Assembly (NCBI RefSeq): GCF_015223195.1
Contig: NZ_JADFUA010000001.1
Location: 575,858-639,857, forward strand
DNA: 64,000 nucleotides
Direction of reading: 5' to 3'
Source of the DNA: Chitinilyticum piscinae
Lineage (GTDB): Bacteria > Pseudomonadota > Gammaproteobacteria > Burkholderiales > Chitinibacteraceae
Shown: in pieces, positions 38,547-47,542 of the stretch
Layout: every line of letters starts with the position of its first letter
Position numbering within the stretch: the stretch's first letter is position 1
Translations under genes and position numbers: made by a program
The notes under the pieces: model-generated
Told to the model about the DNA's origin: nothing
The model's input: the letters and a program-made list of their open reading frames with translations, nothing else
Database searches by the model: none

Positions 38547-39704
38547 ATGGCAGACAGTCACCGTAAATTGAAAGTTCTTTGTGTATTTGGCACCCGTCCG
38601 GAAGCCATCAAGATGGCGCCGGTGATCAGGGCCTTGCAGGCGGATGAGCAAATGGATTGCCTGGTCTGTGTGACCGCGCAGCACCGGGAGATGCTTGATC
38701 AGGTGATGCGGCTGTTCGGTTTGCAGGCTGATTTTGATCTCGATCTGATGCGCCCGGGACAAACACTGGCCAGTCTGACCTCACGTGTTCTGGAAGGGGT
38801 GACCGATGTGCTGGAGCGCTGCCGGCCCGATATCGTGCTGGTGCATGGTGATACGTCCACTACCCTGGCGGCAGGACTGGCTTCGTTTTACCAGCGCATT
38901 CCGGTCGCGCATGTCGAGGCTGGCCTGCGCACCGGGGATATGGAGGCACCGTGGCCGGAGGAGCTGAATCGTTCGGTGGTCGGGCTGTTTGCCCGTCTGC
39001 ATTTTGCGCCCACCGGGCAGGCTGCCCAGAACCTTCGTGCGGAGGGGCGCCGTGAGGAGGATATTTTCATCACCGGGAATACCGTGATTGATGCACTGCT
39101 TGGCATCAGCAAACAGCTGGACGAGAACCCGGCACTGGCGCAAGAGCAGGCCACGCGTTTCCCCTTTCTGGCTGCGGACAAGAAGCTGGTGCTGGTGACC
39201 GGCCATCGCCGCGAGAATTTTGGCGATGGTTTTCTGAATATCTGCAAGGGACTGGCCAGGCTGGCCAGCCGTGACGACATCCAGATTGTCTATCCGGTGC
39301 ACCTGAACCCGAATGTGCAGGAGCCAGTCAATGCGCTACTGCGCGGCTTGCCGAACATTCATCTGATCGAGCCCCAGGATTACCTGCCCTTCGTGTATCT
39401 GCTTAAGCGTGCCGAGCTGATTCTGACCGACAGCGGGGGGATTCAGGAGGAGGCACCGGCACTGGGCAAGCCGGTGCTGGTCATGCGTGACACCACTGAG
39501 CGTCCCGAAGCCGTGGCTGCCGGCACAGCCAGACTGGTGGGGACGGACTGTGAGCGCATCGTCGCGGCGGTCAGCAATTTGCTGGATGACCGTCAGGCCT
39601 ATCTTGGCATGACCGAGGCGCCCAATCCCTACGGCAATGGCCAGGCTGCCGCACAGATCCGCGCCGCCATGCTCGATTGGTGGGCGCGAACCCGAGCGGA
39701 ATGA
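38547..39704 (+). CDS. wecB: UDP-N-acetylglucosamine 2-epimerase (non-hydrolysing)
   Basis: 385 aa beginning [27 protein letters not shown]. Contains HVEAGLRT and the ...[27 protein letters not shown] motifs. Start lies inside the longer spurious ORF 37368..39704. Confidence 0.9.
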   Translation: MADSHRKLKVLCVFGTRPEAIKMAPVIRALQADEQMDCLVCVTAQHREMLDQVMRLFGLQADFDLDLMRPGQTLASLTSRVLEGVTDVLERCRPDIVLVHGDTSTTLAAGLASFYQRIPVAHVEAGLRTGDMEAPWPEELNRSVVGLFARLHFAPTGQAAQNLRAEGRREEDIFITGNTVIDALLGISKQLDENPALAQEQATRFPFLAADKKLVLVTGHRRENFGDGFLNICKGLARLASRDDIQIVYPVHLNPNVQEPVNALLRGLPNIHLIEPQDYLPFVYLLKRAELILTDSGGIQEEAPALGKPVLVMRDTTERPEAVAAGTARLVGTDCERIVAAVSNLLDDRQAYLGMTEAPNPYGNGQAAAQIRAAMLDWWARTRAE

Positions 39705-39715
39705 AAAGCAGGTTT

Positions 39716-41860
39716 CTAAGTCTGTGGCGCATCCTGCCCTGAGCGTGCAGAAGGGATTTCCTGGGCCTGTTGCAGTTTTTGCAGCTGTTCGAAGTCTTCC
39801 CGGCTGATGGCACCCTTGCTGATCAGATAGTTGATCAGGTGCTGATGCTCATCCAGATCAAAGCCCCTGATGGCCTCATCCAGCTCGCGAGCCGTGAGCA
39901 GATTGTGGATGACCATCAGGTCGATCAGGGCGGGTTTCCCATCAGGCAGGAAGTCCGAGCTGAGCCCCGAGAGCAGGCGCAGCGCGGCATTGATCTCGCT
40001 CTCGCGAGCGATGAACTGGCGGATGGGTTTGCCCAGTTGTTGCTCCAGAGCATCCTTGTCCGTATCGGTCAGCGGGGTGGCAACCGCCACATGGATGAGT
40101 TGCTCGTGCTGCAGAAACGGGATCGCCCGCAGGCGGAAGCAATGTTCGAAAGCCAGCCGCCGATGCAGCTGCAGGATGCCGTCCTTATCCAGCCTGGCGC
40201 GGCGCAGGTCATATTGCGCGGAGATGGCCTCCGCCAGCGTTTCATCATCCAGTGCGCCTTGCACCACCAGCAAGCGCCCGACAGGCAACTGGAACTGGCT
40301 TTGCTGGCGCAGCGCGGTTTCGAGTTGCTCGGGCTCGATGGCTTGCCAGCTGACCAGCAGCTCGCCCAGCCGTTTGCGCTGTTTGGCCAGCCTTTCTGCC
40401 GAAGGAAAGTGGTGCATGGTCTTGTCCCAGACCAGGCGCTTGCCAGTAAACAGAAAGTTGAGAAACATCCGCCAGGCGCGCATCGTCGCCAGAAAGTTGA
40501 TCAGATTGCTGACCGCCATGCGAGGGATCGACATCAGTCCCTGTTCCCAACCGTATAGCCGGTTCACGAAATAGAAGCGCTGCACGACGCGACTGATCAT
40601 GATGGAGCCGGTGAAGGTGGCGATGTACAGCGGCCAGCTACCGGGGGCGAAAATCGGCGGAAAATGCAGTGTCCACCAGCCCGCCTTGCTGGCAATGTAG
40701 AAAGCGAGAAACTGGAAGAAGACCAGATAAGCCAGCACATTGAGCAGCGAGGTAACGATGCCTTTGCGGTCACGGAACAGCAGGTATCGATCTGCCAGCG
40801 AGCCGTGCCAGCCCAGATGCATCCAGCCCTGCAGGCTGATGCCGAGTACCCAGCGTGCGCGCTGGCGGTAGGAGGTGTACAGGGTATCGGGGAAATATTC
40901 GCGCACGCAAAGCGGCATGTCGATCACGGTTTCCCGGTCTGCCGCCAGGCCGAACCAGCTCTTGCGCCGCACCTGGAATTGCACCGGGAAGCGGGCAAAG
41001 ATGGTCTTCATATCGGTGGCCGCCAGCCGGGTGCCGATGTCGTAGTCTTCGGTCAGGCTGTCGGTGTTGAAGGGCTGGTTATTGCTGTCTGCACACAGGT
41101 GCAGGAGGGCCCGCCGGGAAAAGCAGGTGCCCACTCCGGCGGAGGGCACCATCCCCGAGAGGCTCTCGCGTACGACCAGATCCTTGCCATGCCATTCGGC
41201 AAATTCATCCATGTAGGTGCCGGCCACCAGCTCGAACCAGTCGCGCTCGAGCGAGGTAACTGGCAGCTGGATCATGTCCTTGCGCGGCAGCAAGTAATTG
41301 AAAAACTTGAGTTCCAGCGGGTGCAGCACATCTTCGGCATCGTGCATGACAATCCCGGCAAATTCGATGCCGTTATCCTGCTCGTACTTGAAAATGGCCT
41401 GGATGATCCAGTTCAGGCAATCTGCCTTGCAGGTCGGCCCGGGATTGGGCACTTCCACCCGCAGCAAATGGCGGAAATGGCGGCGAACACGTTCGACTTC
41501 GTCGATGGTGGCCTGATCATTGCAATAGGTGCCCACGAACACGACATAGCGGCGATAGTCGAGCACACTCATCATGTTCTCGACCATCTGCGCGATGACA
41601 TCGTATTCCTGCCAGGCCGGCACCATGATCGCCAGATATTGCTCGTTTTTTTCCTTGAGCTGGGCCGCACTGAGTGGCCGGTAATCCGCACGGCGCTTGA
41701 TCGTGAGCTTGCGCCAGAGCTCGCGCGCCCAGTACCAGATGTCGATGAAGACATCATCCACGCTGGAGATGAGGATCAGGATGGTCAGAACAACCGCCAC
41801 GACCTCCAGTGCCGCATAGTACTGGGCAAAATAGACTGACGTTCCAAGCGAGAGACTCAC
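39716..41860 (-). CDS. processive family-2 glycosyltransferase with C-terminal MshEN-type c-di-GMP-binding domain (NfrB-like exopolysaccharide synthase)
   Basis: 714 aa. N-terminal TM helix. GT2 domain with VMHDAEDV (DxD), SLTEDYDIG (TED) and YRQRARWVLG (QxxRW). About four C-proximal TM helices. Cytoplasmic tail carries RLGELLVSWQAIEPEQLETALRQQ, then a 7-aa spacer, then GRLLVVQGALDDETLAEAISAQ. These match the two tandem MshEN motifs (RLGxxL(L/V)xxGx(I/L)xxxxLxxALxxQ). Confidence 0.85.
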   Translation of the reverse strand: MSLSLGTSVYFAQYYAALEVVAVVLTILILISSVDDVFIDIWYWARELWRKLTIKRRADYRPLSAAQLKEKNEQYLAIMVPAWQEYDVIAQMVENMMSVLDYRRYVVFVGTYCNDQATIDEVERVRRHFRHLLRVEVPNPGPTCKADCLNWIIQAIFKYEQDNGIEFAGIVMHDAEDVLHPLELKFFNYLLPRKDMIQLPVTSLERDWFELVAGTYMDEFAEWHGKDLVVRESLSGMVPSAGVGTCFSRRALLHLCADSNNQPFNTDSLTEDYDIGTRLAATDMKTIFARFPVQFQVRRKSWFGLAADRETVIDMPLCVREYFPDTLYTSYRQRARWVLGISLQGWMHLGWHGSLADRYLLFRDRKGIVTSLLNVLAYLVFFQFLAFYIASKAGWWTLHFPPIFAPGSWPLYIATFTGSIMISRVVQRFYFVNRLYGWEQGLMSIPRMAVSNLINFLATMRAWRMFLNFLFTGKRLVWDKTMHHFPSAERLAKQRKRLGELLVSWQAIEPEQLETALRQQSQFQLPVGRLLVVQGALDDETLAEAISAQYDLRRARLDKDGILQLHRRLAFEHCFRLRAIPFLQHEQLIHVAVATPLTDTDKDALEQQLGKPIRQFIARESEINAALRLLSGLSSDFLPDGKPALIDLMVIHNLLTARELDEAIRGFDLDEHQHLINYLISKGAISREDFEQLQKLQQAQEIPSARSGQDAPQT

Positions 41861-44058
41861 AGCGCAACATCACCCTTGCGACGGCGGCGGATCTGCGTGA
41901 GACGTGCAAGCAGCAGCACGAAACCGACCAGGCCGATCAGACCGGTCCATAGCCACCAGTAGCGATCCCAGACGGTATCCGGATCAGCGGCTTCTGCCAG
42001 CGCGCTACCGTCCGGATCGTGCTGATCCAGCTGGATTACTTTGCCATCCCCAGTGATGATGGCCAGGTTTCCGCGATCAAGTGATGGGGTATTGTCTTGA
42101 ATCTCTGGTATTTCAGCGCCTGTGGATGTATACAATACACCGTATTGGCCGCCGGCCTTGACGATTTCGGCGAGCCCGAGCTTGTGAAGCTGGTTGGCCC
42201 CCAGATTCTGCACGGCCTTGCCGTTAACGAGCACCTGACCATTGCGCAGAGAGGTCACGGGGCTGACACCCGGTAGCGTTACACCCACGGCAAAGAAGGT
42301 ACTTTCGGGTACGGGGGCGGCCTGCTTCTGGGCGATGAAGCGTGCCGGTGCCATATCGGCACTGGCACCCAGTGCGCTGGCCATGTCGATCAGGCCAGGC
42401 AGGTTCTTCTGTGCCTGATCAAGCAGTGAATCGGCAAGTAGCACAGTGCCGGTGCTGCCAAAACGCGTACTGATGCCCATGAAGTTGCTGCTGCCAAGCG
42501 ATTTGCCAAGCTGCAGGTGGCTTCCGGGGAGCAAGGACACCGGATAGGCAACCGGGGTGTCATGGCAGCGCGGGGTGCTGGGCTGGCGGTTGAAGCGCAC
42601 TGTGAGCGTGTTCTTGCTGCGCAGGATATAGTCAGGAATTGCAACTTCGATGCGTTGAACCTTGCCATTGCTGCGCACGTGCTGCGCACCGAGCAGCAGA
42701 TCATTCAGGAAGACCGATACCACCGGCTTTTCCTGCTGCTGATTAGGGGCGGCAGAGACATCCAGCACCACGGCCGTCGGCTGTTTGCCGCTTGTGCTCA
42801 AATCAGCCAGTGAAAACGACACACTGCGCTGTCCCTGGCTGAGTATGTCGAGGCTGCCGGAGAAGGCGGCCAATTTGTCCAGCAGGATGGCGTCCCTTCT
42901 GAGCGAAAAATCACCAGACTGGCTTTCCGGCTGGGCGCGCAGATCATTACGCAGCTGTTGCCACGCCGGCTGGAATGTATTTCCCAGATGGCGAGCCTGC
43001 GCACCAACGATAATCAGCGGCTGCCCAGCAAATTGCCCCAGCGCGATTGAATCGTTGGCCTGTGGCAGCGCGAAGCGCTTGCTGCGCCAGGCCGCGAAGC
43101 TGGCGGCACTGTCAGCCGATACTTCGGCCATCTGTGCCTGCAACGCATCCAGCGCTTTCTGGATGGCTCCGCGCAGGGCCGGGCTGTCGACCAGCAGATC
43201 GGCGGACAGCGGCCCCTGTCGCCCCAGTACCAGCAGTGCGCCCAACTGGGCTTCGTCGGCAATGAGATGGCTGGGTGATGCCTTGCTCAAGGCAGCAAAG
43301 GCCGGGATGCCCTGCAGACTGGCCGGCACCTGGATGCTGCGCAGGTCAATCTGGCTGCCAACGGTTGGCAGGCTGCGCAATTGCAGCCGTTTGTTGTGCT
43401 CTTTCAGCAGCACGCCGATGCGCCATGCCTGATCAAAGCTCTGTGGGTCGCTACGTCCCGCAGGAAGAAGGAGGATCGGCTCGGGGGGCAGCGATTGCCA
43501 TGCTGCCGTGGCGCTCATGACGTCATCGGCATCAAAGCTGAATTCCAGTCGTGTGGCCGGATTGATGTTCAGAATGTTGCCATCGCTGGATTCGCTGCTG
43601 CAGACCTGCTCCGCAAGCGCGGAGGACCAGCCTACGGAAAATTGCAGGAACCCATTGCGGATTTGCGTGTTGCCCAGAGCCAGCGGCAGCTGGAGTGGGG
43701 CGCTATCAGCGGTGATGTTCTGGCTGAGTACCGGGACGCCATTGGCCGTCACCTGCAAGGTCGAGCGGCCACCGCTGCCGCGCAGATAGTTGCCATTCAA
43801 CTGGAGGCTGGCTTGCTGCAGGGCGATGCCAGCTGGTACCGGAAAGTAAAAGTCACGTGAGCTGTTGCGGCCGCGCAGGGTAACCGGCTCGGGGATGCCG
43901 ATCTGGGTCAGCGGGATCGAGCGCGTGACCAGAGACCTGCTTTGCCAGCTGGCAAACTGATCACCAGCAGGACCGGCATGAGTCGTGGCGCCAAGCGAGG
44001 CAAGAACAGGAATAAGTACTGCCGCCAGAAAGCGGCTGGGGTAGAAAAGAGCTGGCAT
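41857..44058 (-). CDS. large periplasmic protein with C-terminal membrane anchor (BcsB-like architecture), translationally coupled to the GT2 gene
   Basis: 733 aa. Signal peptide FLAAVLIPVLASLGATTHA. ~690-aa soluble region. C-terminal TM helix WWLWTGLIGLVGFVLLLARL with basic tail TQIRRRRKG. The stop overlaps the GT2 start by 4 nt. Assignment to the BcsB family rests on architecture and context only, not a verified alignment. Confidence 0.55.
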   Translation of the reverse strand: MPALFYPSRFLAAVLIPVLASLGATTHAGPAGDQFASWQSRSLVTRSIPLTQIGIPEPVTLRGRNSSRDFYFPVPAGIALQQASLQLNGNYLRGSGGRSTLQVTANGVPVLSQNITADSAPLQLPLALGNTQIRNGFLQFSVGWSSALAEQVCSSESSDGNILNINPATRLEFSFDADDVMSATAAWQSLPPEPILLLPAGRSDPQSFDQAWRIGVLLKEHNKRLQLRSLPTVGSQIDLRSIQVPASLQGIPAFAALSKASPSHLIADEAQLGALLVLGRQGPLSADLLVDSPALRGAIQKALDALQAQMAEVSADSAASFAAWRSKRFALPQANDSIALGQFAGQPLIIVGAQARHLGNTFQPAWQQLRNDLRAQPESQSGDFSLRRDAILLDKLAAFSGSLDILSQGQRSVSFSLADLSTSGKQPTAVVLDVSAAPNQQQEKPVVSVFLNDLLLGAQHVRSNGKVQRIEVAIPDYILRSKNTLTVRFNRQPSTPRCHDTPVAYPVSLLPGSHLQLGKSLGSSNFMGISTRFGSTGTVLLADSLLDQAQKNLPGLIDMASALGASADMAPARFIAQKQAAPVPESTFFAVGVTLPGVSPVTSLRNGQVLVNGKAVQNLGANQLHKLGLAEIVKAGGQYGVLYTSTGAEIPEIQDNTPSLDRGNLAIITGDGKVIQLDQHDPDGSALAEAADPDTVWDRYWWLWTGLIGLVGFVLLLARLTQIRRRRKGDVAL

Positions 44059-44223
44059 GGCGTCACGGGGCTTCGGCTGTGGGTGCTTGAACTATAAGCA
44101 CAAAAGGGAAAATTCGGCGCGTATATTACCAAGCACCAAATCAACCCGAACAAGCCCTGTGTAACGCTATGCACATGACATAGCGCAGTGCGTGAGCACC
44201 GCGCCATGTCTTGCTGCCTAGGG

Positions 44224-45426
44224 TTATGCCACGCAGGTATTTGCCTGGCGGGCGATCATCAGCTCTTCGTTGGTCGGGATGACATACACGGCGACCTTGC
44301 TGTCTTCCGCCGAGATGCGACGCGGTTCGCCCGAACGCACGGCGTTGGCCGCCGGGTCGACGATGACGCCCAGCCAGCCCAGTTGCGCGCAGACAGCCGC
44401 ACGGGTCAACGCGTCGTTTTCGCCGATACCGGCGGTGAACACCAGCGCGTCGATACCTTGCAGTGCGGCGGCCAGTGAGCCGGTTTCACGCACGATGCGT
44501 GACACGAAGTAATCGATGGCCAGTTTGGCGCGCGGCGAATCGGAGGCTTCCAGATCGCGCATGTCGCTGGAAATGCCGGACATGCCGAGCAGGCCGGATT
44601 TCTTGTACAGCAGGTCTTCGATCTGTTTGGCATCCATTTTCAGGTGGTTCAGCAAGTGCAGCACTACACCGGCGTCGATCGAGCCGGTGCGGGTGCCCAT
44701 CGGCAGGCCTTCCAGTGCGGTAAAGCCCATGGTTGAGGCGATACCCTTGCAGGCTTGCAGCGCGGCCATCGACGAACCGTTGCCCAGGTGGCAGACCACG
44801 GTGCGGCCTTCGGCTGCGCGGGCGTCGATCTGCGGCAGGACGCTGGCGATGTATTCGTAAGAGAGACCGTGGAAGCCGTAGCGGCGAATGCCTTCCTGCT
44901 GGCTGAATTCATACGGCAGGCCATAGAGCTGGTTCAGCTCCGGCTGGTTGGCGTGGAAGGCGGTGTCAAAGCAGGCCACCTGCGGTACGTCGGGCAGCAG
45001 GCCTTGCAGGATCTTGATCGGGGTGATGTTGTGCGGCTCGTGCAGGGGGGCCAGCGGGATCAGTTTTTCCAGCTCGCTGACTACCTCGGCGGTGACTACG
45101 ACCGGCTGCGAGAATTTGGTCCCACCATGCACCACGCGGTGGCCGATGACGGCAATCTTGCGGCCGTTGATGACGCCGTTGATCCACGCCAGCATGTGGC
45201 GCAGCGCTTCATCGTGATTCTTGGCACTGCCCGGAATTGCCTCCGCAGAAACGAGTTTCGCGTCGCTGGCATCCTTGGCGGTGAATTTCGGATCGACATA
45301 GATGCCCTCGGCCAGCCCCTTGTACAGCAGGACCGGATCGGCGGCGCTGTTTTCGAACAGGGAAAACTTGATGCTGCTCGAACCGGCATTGATGACAAGA
45401 ATCAGCTCGTTCTGCTTGGTGGTCAT
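44224..45426 (-). CDS. ackA: acetate kinase
   Basis: 400 aa. N-terminus LILVINAGSSSIKFSLF. Also HRVVHGG and the FDTAFH motif. Confidence 0.95.
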   Translation of the reverse strand: MTTKQNELILVINAGSSSIKFSLFENSAADPVLLYKGLAEGIYVDPKFTAKDASDAKLVSAEAIPGSAKNHDEALRHMLAWINGVINGRKIAVIGHRVVHGGTKFSQPVVVTAEVVSELEKLIPLAPLHEPHNITPIKILQGLLPDVPQVACFDTAFHANQPELNQLYGLPYEFSQQEGIRRYGFHGLSYEYIASVLPQIDARAAEGRTVVCHLGNGSSMAALQACKGIASTMGFTALEGLPMGTRTGSIDAGVVLHLLNHLKMDAKQIEDLLYKKSGLLGMSGISSDMRDLEASDSPRAKLAIDYFVSRIVRETGSLAAALQGIDALVFTAGIGENDALTRAAVCAQLGWLGVIVDPAANAVRSGEPRRISAEDSKVAVYVIPTNEELMIARQANTCVA

Positions 45427-45432
45427 GATGAT

Positions 45433-46785
45433 TTAACTCCGTTGGTGATGGGCCACCAGCGCCATGACAGCGCAGGAGGCCAGACGAACCTTGGCGTCGT
45501 CTGCGCGCGAGGTCAGCACGATGGGCACACGTGCACCCAGTACGATCCCCGCCGAGTCGGCGCCGGCGAAATAGGACATCTGCTTGGCCAGCATGTTGCC
45601 GGCTTCGATGTCGGGAACAACCAGAATGTCGGCCTGCCCGGCGACCGGCGACACGATTTTCTTGGTCTTGGCTGCGGTCATCGAGATGGCATTGTCAAAG
45701 GCCAGCGGGCCGTCGAGCACCCCGCCGCTGATCTGGCCGCGATCGGCCATCTTGCACAGCAGCGCCGCGTCCAGCGTCGAGGGCATTTTTGACGACACGG
45801 TCTCCATCGCCGAGAGGATGGCAACCTTGGGGTTGGTATTACCCAGTACATGCGAAAGATTGATCGCGTTCTGGGTAATGTCGATCTTGTCTTCCAGTGT
45901 CGGTGCGATATTGATTGCGGCATCGGTCACCAGCAGCGGGCGCTCGTACGCCGGCACATCCATGACGAACACGTGCGACACACGCCGGCCAGCGCGCAGG
46001 CCGGTTCCCGACGCCATCACCGCGCGCATCATTTCGTCGGTGTGCAGCGAGCCTTTCATCAGCGCCTCGGCTTCACCGGTGCGCGCCAGCTCGACAGCCT
46101 TCTCGGCGGCAGCCACGCTATGCTCGGTATTGACGATGCGGTAGGGTCCGATGGCAATGCCTTCTTTCTCGGCTACCGCGCGGATCTTGGCCTCCGGTCC
46201 GACCAGAATCGGCGTGATCAGCCCGGCCTCGGCCGCATCGACGGCACCCAGCAGCGATTCGCGGTCGCAGGGGTGGATGACGGCGGTGGGGATTGGCGAG
46301 AGCTGTGCCGCTTTGGCTTGCAGTTCGGCAAACACGCGGTGCTGGCGCAATGTGAGCTGCGGTGGCTCGGTCTGCACCGATACACGTTTTTCGATTGGTG
46401 CGATCACCACCAGCGGGCCGCTCATCAACACTTCGCCGCGCTGGTTGCTGCACTGGCCGTGCAGCACCACTTCGCGGGTGGCCGGGCGCTTTTCCTGCAC
46501 GCTCAGCTCGATGTTCAGCACATCGCCTTCCTCGATCCAGCCATGTGATTTCAGGCCATGGCTGGAAAGGATCGAGCCGTTGCCGGGAAAGAAATTGACC
46601 GTTGACGAGGTCAGCGCGATGAAGGCGCCAATGGCCGGAACGCGCTCGCGGCCTTCCTCTTCCTGCTGCCCGCCCAGCATGGCGAACAGCGCAAAATCAT
46701 TGGGGGTCACGGCGTGCGTGCGCTGATAGCGCATCCCGGGTGCGATATCGTCAAACAGCACGTTCTCAATATTCTCGATAGCCAT
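45433..46785 (-). CDS. pta: bifunctional MaoC-like (hot-dog) domain / phosphate acetyltransferase
   Basis: Start at MAIENIENVLFDDIAPGMRYQ (~46785). N-terminal ~140-aa hot-dog/MaoC-like region, then a Pta/PTB domain (LVGPEAKIRAVAEKEG...MKGSLHTDEMMRAV...VSHVFVMDVPAYERPLLVTDAAIN...GNMLAKQ). Sits 6 nt upstream of ackA. Confidence 0.85.
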   Translation of the reverse strand: MAIENIENVLFDDIAPGMRYQRTHAVTPNDFALFAMLGGQQEEEGRERVPAIGAFIALTSSTVNFFPGNGSILSSHGLKSHGWIEEGDVLNIELSVQEKRPATREVVLHGQCSNQRGEVLMSGPLVVIAPIEKRVSVQTEPPQLTLRQHRVFAELQAKAAQLSPIPTAVIHPCDRESLLGAVDAAEAGLITPILVGPEAKIRAVAEKEGIAIGPYRIVNTEHSVAAAEKAVELARTGEAEALMKGSLHTDEMMRAVMASGTGLRAGRRVSHVFVMDVPAYERPLLVTDAAINIAPTLEDKIDITQNAINLSHVLGNTNPKVAILSAMETVSSKMPSTLDAALLCKMADRGQISGGVLDGPLAFDNAISMTAAKTKKIVSPVAGQADILVVPDIEAGNMLAKQMSYFAGADSAGIVLGARVPIVLTSRADDAKVRLASCAVMALVAHHQRS

Positions 46786-46971
46786 GACCGCTCCTGTTGG
46801 CCCGCATGCACGGTCGCCTGCGGCAAATGATGGATGATGTTCCATCATAGCAGTGCCATGTTGCACTGCAATATCACTGCCGCGGCCGCACGGGTGCCAG
46901 TCCGGTATGATAAAGGCGTACGCCCGGGCCGCCTTGGGCAATATCAAAGCTTGCCGAGTGAATATTCACAG

Positions 46972-47451
46972 ATGGATGCCTATACCACTCACCTGATCTG
47001 CGCCCCCGAGCTGACCGAGCCGGCACTGGTGCTGCGCATCAACGCCAGCAGCGGCGAAGCGGTTGCCGCCGATACGCCCCTGGTGCACCTGCTGTGTGCG
47101 GGGGAGGAGCTGCGCGTGGCGGCGCCGGACGACGGCGTACTCGGCCAGGTAATGGTGCGCGTCGGCGACGCGGTGCACGGGGGAGATCTGCTGCTGATGA
47201 TGGAAATCATCGAGGAATCGACCCAGCTGTATCCGCTGCAGGAGGAAGAAGCCGTGTTCGCGCCGGCCTGCCAGCTGCCGCCGCGCAGTAGCGTGCCCGG
47301 TGCCCTGGCCACTGACGAGCTGCGCGTGACGCGCGCCGCCGCCACGCTGGCAGCGCGCATGGGCGTCGATTTGGGGCTGGTCGCCGCTCCCGGTGTGCTG
47401 ATCGATGAAGCGGCCGTGTTTGCCTTTGTGCGACAGCAGCTACAGGGCTGA
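46972..47451 (+). CDS. small protein with lipoyl/biotinyl-like domain and peripheral-subunit-binding-like segment (hypothetical)
   Basis: Start at MDAYTTHLICAPEL within ORF 46834..47451. Hybrid-barrel motif (VHLLCAGEELRVAAPDDGVLGQVMVRVGDAVHGGDLLLMMEI). C-terminal TDELRVTRAAATLAARMGVDLGLVAAPGVLIDEAAV resembles an E3-binding domain. Confidence 0.45.
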   Translation: MDAYTTHLICAPELTEPALVLRINASSGEAVAADTPLVHLLCAGEELRVAAPDDGVLGQVMVRVGDAVHGGDLLLMMEIIEESTQLYPLQEEEAVFAPACQLPPRSSVPGALATDELRVTRAAATLAARMGVDLGLVAAPGVLIDEAAVFAFVRQQLQG

Positions 47452-47542
47452 CGGGTATTGCTGCAAAATCATCAAGAATAAAGGCTTTACAGTAAATACA
47501 TATGCAGGTATCCGGTGGGCCTGTCGCTGCCTGCGGTTTCGT

